The notes: generated by a model not told the origin, from the letters alone. Counted from the stretch's first letter, positions 1 to 10,063 are shown. The stretch is 64,000 nt of DNA from Trueperaceae bacterium (GCA_965213705.1 OZ243913.1:1760001-1824000), one strand, 5' to 3'. Translations and numbers: made by a program.

Positions 1-838
1 GGGTGCGGTGTACGCGGCGCTCGCCGTGTCTTACGACATTACCGAGCGCAAACAAGCCGAAAGACAGCTGCGCGAACTCAACGAGATGTTGGAGACCCGT
101 GTCCAAGCCCGGACCCGGGAGGTACGCGGGCTCGCCAGCCAACTCACCTTGGCGGAAAGCCGCGAACGCAACCGCCTGGCGCAAGTTTTGCACGACGAAC
201 TGCAACAGCAACTGCACGCTTTACAGTTCCCCTTGAGCAGCCTGCAAAAAACAGTGCAAGACGAGGGCTCGAGGGCGCAGGTGGAACGAGCTTACACCGT
301 CTTAAAAGACGCCATTCGCATAGTGCGCGCCGTGACGAGCGAACTGAGCCCGCCGGTGCCGGGCGACAAAGGTTTGGGCGCGGCGCTCAGGTGGCTGTGT
401 GACAGCGTTCAAGAGCGCTTCGGTTTGGTCGTGACCCTGCGGGTGGACGAGGCCGCCGACGCGCTCGATACTACCGACACACTCGATACCACGGCGGCTA
501 CCACCGCCGACGCTACGACTTCGGGCGCAACCGGCGAAGCCCTGCGGACGCTGCTGCTCACCCTGGTGCGCGAGTGTCTTTTCAACGTCACGAAACACGC
601 CGGCGTCGGCGCAGCCGAAGTGTGCTTGTCCAAGACGGCGGAGGGGCTGGAGCTGACGGTCAGCGACCTCGGCAGGGGGTTCGAACCCGACGGACTCCGG
701 GGCGGCAGCGGCCTGGGTCTTCAAAGCGCGGACCAGCGGTTGCGGCTCTTCGGCGGCGAGGTGCGGCTCGAGAGCGCGCCCGGGAAGGGCACGCGGGTAA
801 TGATGGTCGTCCCGGCGACGGCGCTCGGTTCGGCGTAA
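1..838 (+). CDS. Sensor histidine kinase, NarX/UhpB type (HisKA_3 + HATPase), 5' end outside window
   Basis: ERNRLAQVLHDELQQ H-box, RECLFNVTKHA N-box, DLGRGF and GLGL G-boxes; end of a PAS/PAC (DITERK) at the start. Confidence 0.9.
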   Translation, partial: GAVYAALAVSYDITERKQAERQLRELNEMLETRVQARTREVRGLASQLTLAESRERNRLAQVLHDELQQQLHALQFPLSSLQKTVQDEGSRAQVERAYTVLKDAIRIVRAVTSELSPPVPGDKGLGAALRWLCDSVQERFGLVVTLRVDEAADALDTTDTLDTTAATTADATTSGATGEALRTLLLTLVRECLFNVTKHAGVGAAEVCLSKTAEGLELTVSDLGRGFEPDGLRGGSGLGLQSADQRLRLFGGEVRLESAPGKGTRVMMVVPATALGSA

Positions 839-950
839 CCGTGCCCGGCCCTCAGTGCCGGAAAAATCTGCTGGCGGCGTAGTCGGCAAGAGCTGGTTTT
901 GAGGGCTGCACGGTTCTGCGGAGAGTCGGCCGGAAGCTCGAGAAAGTCGT

Positions 951-1959
951 TTACAAGCCGTAGAGCGTGCCCTGTTCGGCACCTTGTTTCATCAGCTCGA
1001 GCAAGCGTTCGGCGAGCTGGACCTCGGGCGCCAAGTCCGGGTCGTCGTGGCTGTCTTCCTTAAACCGCCGAGCGGTTTGACCCATCAAGCTGACGGCTTG
1101 CTCCGGGTCGTTTCCGTAGAGCCGGGCCGACTTTTGCATGTTGCTCACCAGGACGGCCAAAGCCACGGTTTTGGCGACGCTTGGCTGGGCGAAGTAGCGG
1201 CCCTCGGCCAGGGGCGCACCGTCGTAACTGGAGCTTAGGCTGCCCAGTACCGTTTCACCGCTCGGGGTTTGGTAGCTGAGGTCGCCTATGACGCTAAAGG
1301 GAGCCGGCTCGGCCGTCGCCAACCTGACCAGCAGGGCGCCCCGACGCTTGCTCAAGAACACCGTGCTCGTGTTCAGCTCCGCCACGCGCTCGGCGGTGGG
1401 AAAGCCGTAGCCTTCGGCAACTTCAAGCCCGGGTGAAGGCGTGACGGTGAGCCGCAGGTCGTAAGCGACGGGGCTCGCCAAAAAGGGCCAGTCCTCACTC
1501 AAGACCTTGTTGACGTCGCGGCTGCCGAACAGCGTAAACGCGTTGCCCCCCCGGACTTTGCTCAGGGCCGAAAAGGTTTCGGGGCCGAGGCCGACGCCAA
1601 CCCCGAACACCGTCAAACCCACGCCGCCGGACGCGCCTTCGCGGGCCAAGTCCTGAAACTCGGTCGCGCCCGTCGCGCCCACGTTGGGTTGAACGTCGGT
1701 GAAGAGCAGCAGCCGCTTTTCGTGCCCCGGTTTGGCGGACTGCGCAAGCCGGTACGCCGCTTGCAAACCCGCTTCCATGTTCGTCGCGCCTTCACTTTTC
1801 AAGCCTCGCACGCTCAAAAGCAGCTTGTCCTGCGCGCTGCCGGGGGTCAGCGGCAACGCGGTCCTGGCGCTGCTGCCGTAGACCACCATCCCGACCTCAA
1901 GCGCCGAGCAGACAAACGAGTGTTAACACCAAACCGCCGAACAGCGAACGTCTTAGCAT
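951..1959 (-). pseudogene. VWA-domain lipoprotein with internal deletion
   Basis: RBS GGAGGAG, ATG at 1959 encoding signal peptide MLRRSLFGGLVLTLVCLLGA, then TGA (1899-1897). The VWA body (GATNMEAGL, LLLFTD, TVFGVG) at 951-1889 is in another frame and lacks the N-terminal DxSxS MIDAS strand. Confidence 0.75.
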
Positions 1960-2076
1960 GTCTCCTCCAGGCCTCAAAGCGAGGTCATTCGGTCAAGGTG
2001 AGGCTATTGTATTTCAAAAAGACCGTGGTGTCTCTTCACCGTTCGCGTTTCGCCTGTCACCACGAAAAGCTGCACG

Positions 2077-2466
2077 CTAAACTTCCGCCTCTAACCAGTC
2101 CGCAACGTCTTTTATAAAAGCCTCCGCCCAGGCCAACACGTTTGAGACGTCCTCGGCGCTGACCTCGGCTTAGAGGTCGTAGTCTCCCTCGAGCCGCAGT
2201 AGTTCAGCGCGGATAAAGTGTTTGTGATGCTCGCGCCACGTAGGATTTTCTTTAGCAAACTCGCGGCCAAAAGCCGCAATAACCGCGCTGTGGCGTTTGA
2301 ACGACAATCCTTTGTGTAAAAGAAGCGCTGTTGCCCCGTAGAACATAGCGTAGTAAGCGCGTGAAGCGGAGAATTCGGGAAAAGAAGGTGACAATTCTCT
2401 TGCGGCCGACAAGCTAGCCTTTGCCTTTTGAAGTGCGCCAAGCTCGGCGCTAAACGGCGCGCTCAC
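2077..2466 (-). pseudogene. HEPN-domain toxin with premature stop
   Basis: SRAYYAMFY...HSAV...RLEGDY motifs; GTG at 2466 overlaps the MNT stop; in-frame TAA at 2172-2170 is followed by the expected last helix AEVSAEDVSNVLAWAEAFIKDV to TAG at 2079-2077. Confidence 0.8.
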
Positions 2467-2786
2467 AGCGCAACGGCGTCCCGCCTGACGCTTTTTGTAA
2501 AAGGCGTGTCCCATGACCAACGCTCGCTGTCTTGCACTATTACGCTCAAGTACGGTGCGCCCGAACAGACGAGTGACGAAACGACCTCGGCAACCGTCTC
2601 TTGCACCGGGCGCTTTGCTCCTTCAACGATGACGAGCACGTCTACATCCGAATCTGCACGCGCGTTCCCCCTGGCCTTGGAGCCGTACAGGTAGATGCCT
2701 ATAATAACGGCCGAGTGTTTGGCGCGTAACTGCTGCTCAAAGACCTGTAACGCCTTGCGCTCTACCAGGGGTAGTGAAGCGTTCAC
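2463..2786 (-). CDS. Minimal nucleotidyltransferase (MNT) antitoxin
   Basis: YGSKARG...DSDVDVLV (GS-x10-DxD); coupled to the HEPN gene. Confidence 0.88.
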   Translation of the reverse strand: MNASLPLVERKALQVFEQQLRAKHSAVIIGIYLYGSKARGNARADSDVDVLVIVEGAKRPVQETVAEVVSSLVCSGAPYLSVIVQDSERWSWDTPFTKSVRRDAVAL

Positions 2787-2894
2787 AGACCAATGCTAGC
2801 ACGGGCGGACGGCCCCGACCCGCCCTCGAGCCCACCAGCAACGCCGGATAAATCGCATATCGTCACCCTGGACAGCTCATGCTAAGCTGGTGCC

Positions 2895-3215
2895 ATGACG
2901 CAGCGACTAGCCATCACGCCGGAGATACAAAGTCTGGCCGAGCGTGTCGCCAAGGCGACGGGCGCGGTCGCTGTGGTCGCTTTCGGCAGCGTCGCCAGAG
3001 GCGACGCTGCCGGGGAGAGCGACCTCGACCTCCTTTATGTCGTGCCCGATGAAGCTGACGTGATTCAACTCGCTGCTCGAGCCGAACGCGCCGTTTATCC
3101 GCGAACGCGCGCTTTGGACCTTGTTCCTATGCGGCGAAGCCACTGGCAGCAAAAACGTTCAACCTTTGCCAGACAAGTCGCTGAAGAGGGTATCGTTATT
3201 GATGTCACCGGATGA
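2895..3215 (+). CDS. Minimal nucleotidyltransferase (MNT) antitoxin
   Basis: FGSVARGD...SDLDLL motif; overlaps the downstream HEPN gene. Confidence 0.88.
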   Translation: MTQRLAITPEIQSLAERVAKATGAVAVVAFGSVARGDAAGESDLDLLYVVPDEADVIQLAARAERAVYPRTRALDLVPMRRSHWQQKRSTFARQVAEEGIVIDVTG

Positions 3216-3594
3216 CGGCGAGGCGTTGCGCTGGGCAGCGTTCGCCGAAGAAGATTACCAATACGCGCTTCTCGGTATGCGGGAGTACCCGAGAAACGCC
3301 AGTTGGGACTTTCATCAAGCCGCCGAAAAATACCTCAAAGCAATTTTGAAAAGTCGAGGCACCGAGCCGCCGCGCACGCACGACCTTCTGCTGCTTCTGA
3401 CCCTGCTCGTGCCTGAGCTGAGCCCTGACGACGAACTTGTCGAAGCGGCGAGCGGTCTCGCACTGTTCGGCGTCATCCGGCGCTACCCCGCAGACTTGCC
3501 GGAGGTCGGTCAGGAAGATGCGCGACGCGCCAGGACGCTAGCCGAACATATACGCAGTTTCGCGCGCCGTGAGCTGGGGCTCGAGCCGCCGTAA
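3202..3594 (+). CDS. HEPN-domain protein (toxin partner)
   Basis: FHQAAEKYLKA...RTHDL...RRYP pattern; ATG at 3202. Confidence 0.88.
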   Translation: MSPDDGEALRWAAFAEEDYQYALLGMREYPRNASWDFHQAAEKYLKAILKSRGTEPPRTHDLLLLLTLLVPELSPDDELVEAASGLALFGVIRRYPADLPEVGQEDARRARTLAEHIRSFARRELGLEPP

Positions 3595-3630
3595 TACGGA
3601 TTCCGGTCATACAGCTGATAAACTAAAAAG
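3594..3630. repeat. Dispersed repeat terminus ATACGGATTCCGGTC, copy 1
   Basis: 15 bp identical and about 35 bp similar to 17643-17679. Confidence 0.65.
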
Positions 3631-4043
3631 TTTTTCGCTTTCCTCTGTGGCTGGCGGTCACTGCCGAGACCTACGAGCCGACAAACGAGACCCACGCCGC
3701 GCTTTCCGGGTGGCTTTACGCGCAAGCGTCGCAGCCAAAGATGACGGCGGGCGATGTTGTAAAAGCGCTGGATGAGCTGACCGACGCCCACTCATTGCCA
3801 CGAACAAGCTGCACCGGGTGTAGGCGGTCTTTTGGGTAGGGAAGGCTTCAACCAGCACATCACCTTAACGCTGTAGCTGCCGCCCAGCTTGTGTTTGACT
3901 CAGTAAAGGCGGTGGACGTGACTTTCTTGCTGCACGGTGACAAGTTGACAACGACAAACTGCGCGAGGGATTTGGACCTGCTAACGCTGGGGAAATAAGG
4001 TCTCACAGAGTTCTCGCGGCGGAGTTGTGAAAAGAACTAAGCC

Positions 4044-4074
4044 AAAAAAGACCCCGCCAAAAAGCGGGGAAAAG
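4044..4074 (-). terminator. Rho-independent terminator after the pilins
   Basis: CCCCGC/GCGGGG hairpin followed by a T-tract on the minus strand. Confidence 0.65.
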
Positions 4075-4093
4075 TAGATTTTGTGAGAGCGCC

Positions 4094-4453
4094 TTACTGC
4101 TTAGCGACGCCTATCACGTTCGAGAAGTTAAATATAGACGAGCTTTTGCTAGTGGTTGTACCTGCAAAGTCTGTTCCCGTGTTGGTCGTGACGGCCCACG
4201 CGGTCACGGAGTTACAGCTGTTCGGTTCATAGTCTCCCACGAGTTGCGTTTTGGCCGGATAGGTGCTTGTGTCGATATGGTAAATCTCAGCTTGGGTCAG
4301 GATTTCTTTGGAACACGACTGAGCGGCGGCGTCTTGCGCTCGGTTTCGCACGCCCGAAAGGTTGGGTATTAAAACCGCCGTGAGAATGCCGATGATGGAC
4401 AGGACGATGAGGAGTTCGATTAACGTAAAACCGTGGGATGCATGTCGTTTCAT
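4094..4453 (-). CDS. Type IV pilin-like protein
   Basis: Class III signal G|FTLIELLIV; two Cys. Confidence 0.9.
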   Translation of the reverse strand: MKRHASHGFTLIELLIVLSIIGILTAVLIPNLSGVRNRAQDAAAQSCSKEILTQAEIYHIDTSTYPAKTQLVGDYEPNSCNSVTAWAVTTNTGTDFAGTTTSKSSSIFNFSNVIGVAKQ

Positions 4454-4521
4454 AGCGTTCCTCTAAATGTAAGAGGCCGAGTTTCCCCGACCTCTTAACA
4501 ATCTACTAGCTCAGGGGTTGT

Positions 4522-4911
4522 TTAGCTCATGCCGCCTTCAGTGATGGTGTAAAGTTTCTGACCGTTTGCATGTTTGACGGTGTAGGTGTAAGTACCTGTG
4601 GCAGCGGCCGCACCAGTAACAGTGATGTTGGTATCGTTGCAAACACCAGTGCCATAAGTGCTAGCTTTCGTTTCGTCACCGAAGAGGGTGGCGGCGGCGG
4701 GGTAACCACCCTCTTTGGGGTTGTCAATTTTCCAGATAGCAGCGGCGCTAGCTAGCGACTTACCACAGCTCTGAGCGGCGGTGTCATAAGCCCGCTGACG
4801 AGCACCAAGCAGGTTCGGGATGAGAACCGCGGCTAAAATACCGATGATTGCAATGACAATCAGCAGTTCGATGAGGGTGAAACCCCCGTTTTTCTTACCG
4901 GTATTGCGCAT
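4522..4911 (-). CDS. pilA: Type IV major pilin
   Basis: MRNTGKKNGG|FTLIELLIVIAIIGILAAVLIPNLLGAR, typical Deinococcus/Thermus pilin N-terminus; two Cys; hairpin downstream. Confidence 0.88.
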   Translation of the reverse strand: MRNTGKKNGGFTLIELLIVIAIIGILAAVLIPNLLGARQRAYDTAAQSCGKSLASAAAIWKIDNPKEGGYPAAATLFGDETKASTYGTGVCNDTNITVTGAAAATGTYTYTVKHANGQKLYTITEGGMS

Positions 4912-5214
4912 GGTGTTGCCTCTCTGGGACACTCGATAAAGGATGAATGAAAGGCGAGTATCCTGGTTCTGAATTCAGCCTCGGGGATTCCCTGGGGCTC
5001 AGAAGTAAGTTTAGGGTTAAGGTCTTACAAATTCCTTACAAAATTTCATAGTTGCGGGTTTCGCCGTGCCGAACGGCGCAAACGCGGGGGCGGGACGGCG
5101 CAATAATTTTTGGGCTCGTCCTAAAATGCTTTCTTGCGACGAATGTAGGTGAAGGCCAATTTTGCGGCTGTTATACATCAACTTATCCTGTGTGTAACCG
5201 TATATAGTGGCAAA

Positions 5215-5454
5215 GTGACGAAAAAGGCTAAACTCTTAGACAAGGCACGCCGCACCCCGAACGGGCTGCGCTTCGGTGAATTGGAAACCCTGATGCAGCA
5301 ATGCGGCTGGACGCTACGCCGCCAAATCGGAAGCCACCGCGTCTGGTACTCGCCGCAAAACTTTCGACTGCCGGTGCGAGAGGACAAAGGCGGCAAGGCT
5401 AAAGGCTAGCAGGTAAAGCAGTTTTTTGACCAACTGGATACGGAGGATGCGCTA
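5215..5454 (+). pseudogene. hicA: HicA-family toxin interrupted by an amber codon
   Basis: GSH motif; GKAKG-TAG(5407-5409)-QVKQF where the family has Y; -10 TATAGT just upstream of GTG. Confidence 0.8.
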
Positions 5455-5799
5455 GTGACCAAGCAGGACTATGACGGTTTCACGGTAAATATGTTCTTCG
5501 ACGAGGACGACCAGTGGCTCGCGCATTTTGTCGAGTTGCCCAGCGTGTCGGCCTTTGGGGACACGCCGGAGGAAGCCCTGACCGAACTCAAAACCGCGTG
5601 GGAACTTTTGAAAGAGTGTTACCTCGAGGACGGCGAAGCTATACCCGTCGCGCCGGGGAACAAGAACTACAGCGGCAAATTCAACGTGCGGATTGACAAG
5701 CGGGTGCACAAGTCACTGGCAGTAGAAGCGGCACACGCAGGGATTAGTCTGAACGCTCTGGTAGCGCAAAAGCTGGCGAAGAGTGTACACGTGAAGTGA
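5455..5799 (+). CDS. hicB: HicB-family antitoxin
   Basis: AFGDTPEEAL, YSGKFNVRI...H..L...A...GISLN (RHH); RBS GGAGG. Confidence 0.92.
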   Translation: MTKQDYDGFTVNMFFDEDDQWLAHFVELPSVSAFGDTPEEALTELKTAWELLKECYLEDGEAIPVAPGNKNYSGKFNVRIDKRVHKSLAVEAAHAGISLNALVAQKLAKSVHVK

Positions 5800-5974
5800 G
5801 GTTGTCTCGAGCACCAACTCTCCCCACAACGGCGAGGTGTGATGCAAGACGGCTTCGCGGTTGTCCGGGTTTGGAGCCTTCTACCCTGAGCCACAGGTTA
5901 AGCGTGTGTTAGAATTCCCACACTCGGTAACTCGGCACTAAAGTCGGGCTGCCAAGTCCTAACAAGGAGGCACA

Positions 5975-7543
5975 ATGAAGAAACTTTTTTTAAGCGTGGT
6001 GCTTGCGTTCGGCTTGTTGGCCGGAATGACGAGCGCGCAAACCCTTACCTACGCCCGTAGCGGGCTGCCGGTCACCCTGGACTCGGCGGACTCGACCGAC
6101 GGGAACTCGCTCACCGTGAGTTACCAAATCACCGAGCCGCTGCTGCTCTTTGAACTGGGTTCGACCGAGGTCAAACCCGGCCTGGCGACCGAGTGGAGCG
6201 CCAACGAGGACTCGTCGGTGTGGACGTTCAAGCTGCGCGAAGGCGTGACCTTTCAAGACGGCACCGAGTTCAACGCCGAGGCCGTGAAGTTCAACTTGGA
6301 CCGCTGGAACGACCCCGAGAACGAGTACCGCTTTGCCGACGAGGGTAAAACGTACACCGCTTGGGGCTGGGTCTTCGGCGGGCCGAAGGGCGAGGGCGTG
6401 TTGGACTCGGTCGAGGTTATAGACGACACCACCGTGCAACTCAACCTGACCCAGCCGGTCGGCTTGCTGCCGAACATGATTGCCTCGAGCTACTTCGGCC
6501 TCGACTCGCCGACGGCCGTGATGGAAGCGGGCGCGGACTACGGCACCCCGAGCGTCGGCGTGGTCGGCACGGGACCGTTTAAGTTCGAAGAGTGGTTGGA
6601 AGGCGAGCGCGTGGTGCTCTCAGCCTATGACAACTACTGGGGCGGCGAGGTCGGCTTCGACCAGCTCGTCTTCCGCGGCATCGAGGACCCGACCGCGCGC
6701 TTGGCTGAGTTGCAAGCGGGTACCGTCGACATCGCCGTCGACTTGGGCCCCGACGACCTGTCCGTTATCGAGAGCGACCCGAACCTGGTGCGCGTGCCGG
6801 GGCCGAGCTTGAACGTCGGCTACATCGCCATGAACCAGACCAACGAGCCGTTGGGTGACGTGCGGGTGCGCCAGGCCATCGCCCACGCCGTCGACTGGCA
6901 AGCCATCGTCGACGCCTTTTACGGCGGTTTGGGCATCCGCGCGACCGAGTTTATCCCCGACGCTTTCGACTGGGCGCGGGCCGGTGTTGAGGGTTACGCG
7001 TACGACCCCGAACTCGCACGTTCCCTTCTCGCCGAGGCGGGCTTCCCGGACGGCTTCGACACCGAGCTGTGGTACATGCCCGTGTCGCGTCCTTACTTCC
7101 CGACGCCCGAGCCCATCGCCTCCACCGTGGCGACTTACCTAGCCGACGTCGGCATCAACGCCGAACTCATGACCGAAGACTGGGGCATCTACCTAGACGA
7201 CTACCAGACCGGCAAGTTCCCCATGTACATGCTCGGCTGGAGTCCCGACTACGGCGACCCGGACAACTACCTGTACACCTTTTTCGGGCCGTCCGCCATC
7301 AACGACTTGGGTTGGGACGACCCCGAAGTGCGCGACCTGCTCAACGAGGCGCGTCAGGTGACCGGCAACGAGGCGCGCGGCGACCTCTACGCGCAAGTCA
7401 CCCAGGCCGTTTACGACGATGTCGCTTCGATTCCCGTGGCGCACAACAGCGTGCTCTACGCGGCGCGGCAGCGGGTCCAAAACTGGACGCCGAGCCCCCT
7501 GGGTTCGACCGAACAGCTCTACATCATCAACTTAGAGGAGTAA
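5975..7543 (+). CDS. Peptide ABC transporter substrate-binding protein (family 5, DppA/OppA-like)
   Basis: Signal peptide; WTFKLREGVTFQDG, GTGPFKF, VRQAIAHA; RBS AAGGAGG. Confidence 0.93.
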   Translation: MKKLFLSVVLAFGLLAGMTSAQTLTYARSGLPVTLDSADSTDGNSLTVSYQITEPLLLFELGSTEVKPGLATEWSANEDSSVWTFKLREGVTFQDGTEFNAEAVKFNLDRWNDPENEYRFADEGKTYTAWGWVFGGPKGEGVLDSVEVIDDTTVQLNLTQPVGLLPNMIASSYFGLDSPTAVMEAGADYGTPSVGVVGTGPFKFEEWLEGERVVLSAYDNYWGGEVGFDQLVFRGIEDPTARLAELQAGTVDIAVDLGPDDLSVIESDPNLVRVPGPSLNVGYIAMNQTNEPLGDVRVRQAIAHAVDWQAIVDAFYGGLGIRATEFIPDAFDWARAGVEGYAYDPELARSLLAEAGFPDGFDTELWYMPVSRPYFPTPEPIASTVATYLADVGINAELMTEDWGIYLDDYQTGKFPMYMLGWSPDYGDPDNYLYTFFGPSAINDLGWDDPEVRDLLNEARQVTGNEARGDLYAQVTQAVYDDVASIPVAHNSVLYAARQRVQNWTPSPLGSTEQLYIINLEE

Positions 7544-7550
7544 CACCCGG

Positions 7551-7580
7551 CGGGGGCGTTTCTGAACGCCCCCCTTATTT
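7551..7580 (+). terminator. REP-like or terminator hairpin after the SBP gene
   Basis: GGGGGCGTT-TCTG-AACGCCCCC followed by TTATTTT. Confidence 0.6.
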
Positions 7581-7700
7581 TGCCATTTGGGTCAACGAGA
7601 TTTTTTATGCAAAGGTTTTAGCTGAGGAGCAGGGAAGGAGCAAAGAAAAACTTATGATGTCACTTTCTACTTTCAGCTTGGTACTCGGTACCTTCAAACC

Positions 7701-8756
7701 TTGACGATTTATATTTTTCGGCGTTTGTTGGGGCTTTTCCCGGTGCTGCTCGGCATCAGCCTGCTCGTTTTCGCCATTCCCAGGAGCGTGCCGGGCGACC
7801 CCGCGACCATCATGTTGGGTCAGCGCAGCACGCCCGAACAGCAAGCGCGGTTGCGCGAGAACCTGGGCCTGAACCGGCCCCTCTTTTTTGACGTGGTGGG
7901 TTTCCGCGAGAGCGGCGAGGTGGGGCGGCTGTTTCAGTCTCAGTATTTCTTTTTTATCGGCAACGCCCTGCGCGGCGACTTGGGCCGTTCGGTGTTCACG
8001 CGCGTGCCCGTGGCGACGACGCTGGCGCGGCGCTTTCCGGCAACCCTGGAACTGACCCTGGTGGCGATGCTGTTCGCGCTCCTCGTCGGGATTCCGGCCG
8101 GGGTCTTTGCGGCGCTCAACCGGGGCAACTTTACCGACACGTTGGTCGTCGTCGTCGCGCTGACGGGGGTGTCGTTTCCGGTCTTTTGGCTGGCAATTAT
8201 CCTCAAGTACATTTTCTCTATCAACCTGGGCTGGCTGCCGCCCTCGCAACGCCTGGACATCGCCTACACCATCTCGCCGATTACGGGGATGTACGTGCTG
8301 GACGGGCTATTGCGCGGCCAGTTCGGGGCGGTCCTGGACGCGCTGCGCCACCTGGTCTTGCCCGCGATTGCCCTCGGCACGATTCCCCTAGCCATCATCG
8401 TGCGGATGACCCGGAGCAGCATGTTGGAAGTGTTGGGCCAGGACTACATCCGCACCGCGCGGGCCAAGGGCGTGCTGCGCCGCAGCGTGGTCAACAAACA
8501 CGCCTTTCGCAACGCGCTCATCCCGGTCGTCACGGTCGTGGGGTTGTCGTTCGGCACGCTGCTCTCGGGCGCGATTCTCACCGAGACCGTGTTCGACTGG
8601 CCGGGCGTGGGCAGTTGGGTGTACAGCGCGATTACCTCGCGCGACTATCCCATCATCCAGGGCGGCGTGCTGTTCGTGGCGTTCGTGTTCGTCATCGTCA
8701 ATTTGCTGGTCGACCTGTCCTACGCGGTCATCGACCCCAGGATTCAGTATTCATGA
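7701..8756 (+). CDS. Peptide ABC transporter permease (DppB-like)
   Basis: PGDPA, RFPATLEL, YIRTARAKG EAA loop, IDPRI. Confidence 0.93.
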   Translation: MTIYIFRRLLGLFPVLLGISLLVFAIPRSVPGDPATIMLGQRSTPEQQARLRENLGLNRPLFFDVVGFRESGEVGRLFQSQYFFFIGNALRGDLGRSVFTRVPVATTLARRFPATLELTLVAMLFALLVGIPAGVFAALNRGNFTDTLVVVVALTGVSFPVFWLAIILKYIFSINLGWLPPSQRLDIAYTISPITGMYVLDGLLRGQFGAVLDALRHLVLPAIALGTIPLAIIVRMTRSSMLEVLGQDYIRTARAKGVLRRSVVNKHAFRNALIPVVTVVGLSFGTLLSGAILTETVFDWPGVGSWVYSAITSRDYPIIQGGVLFVAFVFVIVNLLVDLSYAVIDPRIQYS

Positions 8757-8933
8757 GGGCGGGGCACGGTCGTCATGGTGAGGTGCTCGGATGTGCTCAC
8801 GTCGTAGTGGAAGGTGAGGGAGTGGGAGGTAGGGGAGTTGGGGAAAAGGGAAGTAGGGAAGAAAAAGCTTTCTGTTTTACACCCTTCTTTTTCCACTTTC
8901 CCACCTCCCGGGTTCGCTCTGAAAGAGTCCCCC

Positions 8934-9860
8934 GTGGCTAGCGCCGCGCCCCGCGCGGAGCAACCCAAGGGCCGCTCGCTCTTCCAAGACGCCTTTCGGC
9001 GCTTTTTCCGGCACACGACCGGGGTGGTGGGTTTAAGCATCATCGTGTTTTTGCTGCTTGCCACGTTTTTAGCCCCCGTGTTGCAGCCCTACAACGCCCA
9101 GCGCGACCGCAACTTGCAGTTGCGGCTGCTGCCCCCGACCTGGACCCTGAACGAAACCGAGTTGGCGGCTCGAGACCTCTCCCCGACGAGCTACGTCTTC
9201 GGCGCGGACGAACTCGGCCGCGACCTGTTCGTGCGAGTCTGGCACGGCGGGCGTATCAGCTTGCGCGCCGGGCTGTTGGCGGTCGCCATCGCCTTTGTGG
9301 TGGGGGTGTCGCTGGGCCTGGTGGCGGGCTACTTCGGCGGTTGGCTGGACATGTTTCTGGTGTGGCTGGTCGACATCATGCTGGCGTTTCCGGGAATTCT
9401 GCTCGCCATCGCCATCGTCGCGGCCTTCGGGCCGAGCCTCACCAACGCGCTCATCGCGGTGAGCATCACGCAGATTCCCATTTATATTCGCATCACGCGG
9501 GGCGTCGTCATCGGGATGCGCGACTCGGAGCACGTGCAGGCGGCGCGCTCGCTGGGCTCGGGCTCGACGCGCATCATCCTGGCGCACATCTTGCCGAACG
9601 TGCTCTCGCCGATTATCGTGCAACTGACCCTGTCCATCGGCACGGCGATTCTGGACATCGCCGCGCTCGGGTTTTTGGGCCTCGGCGCGCAGCCGCCCGA
9701 CCCCGAGTGGGGCGTGATGATTCGGGACGGTTACCGCCAGTTCTTAAAAGCGCCGTGGCTGTCCATCTTTCCGGGCCTCGCCATCTTTTTGGCGGTGCTG
9801 GGTTTCAACCTGCTCGGCGACGCCATCCGCGACGTGCTCGACCCGCGCTTGCGGGAGTAG
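8934..9860 (+). CDS. Peptide ABC transporter permease (DppC-like)
   Basis: FGADELGRD, HILPN, LGFLGLG, GDAIRDVLDPR; start adjusted to GTG 8934. Confidence 0.92.
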   Translation: MASAAPRAEQPKGRSLFQDAFRRFFRHTTGVVGLSIIVFLLLATFLAPVLQPYNAQRDRNLQLRLLPPTWTLNETELAARDLSPTSYVFGADELGRDLFVRVWHGGRISLRAGLLAVAIAFVVGVSLGLVAGYFGGWLDMFLVWLVDIMLAFPGILLAIAIVAAFGPSLTNALIAVSITQIPIYIRITRGVVIGMRDSEHVQAARSLGSGSTRIILAHILPNVLSPIIVQLTLSIGTAILDIAALGFLGLGAQPPDPEWGVMIRDGYRQFLKAPWLSIFPGLAIFLAVLGFNLLGDAIRDVLDPRLRE

Positions 9861-9974
9861 GGTGAGAAGCAGGAAGCAGGGAGTCGGAAGGGCAGCCGTT
9901 GTGTAAAGAGAAAAGTGTGTAACGAGAAAAGCGGTGTTGCTCGGGACGGGCTGTAGCGGACGGTGGCGGGCGGA

Positions 9975-10063
9975 CCTCCTAAATCCCCCTAAAAGGGGAT
10001 TGGAAACTTTTTGCTGCTCTCTTTGTCTCCTTTTAGGGGAGATGCCCGAAGGGCAGAGGGGTC
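9975..10063. repeat. REP-like intergenic palindromic element
   Basis: CCCCCTAAAAGGGGA...CTCCTTTTAGGGGGAGATGCCCGAAGGGCAGAGGGG with nested hairpins. Confidence 0.6.

Noticed and set aside
1897..1899. Selenocysteine at the lipobox TGA
   Set aside because: Read-through would not be in frame with the VWA domain.
3631..4020. Short ORFs between HEPN and the pilins
   Set aside because: No recognisable motif; possibly decayed sequence.
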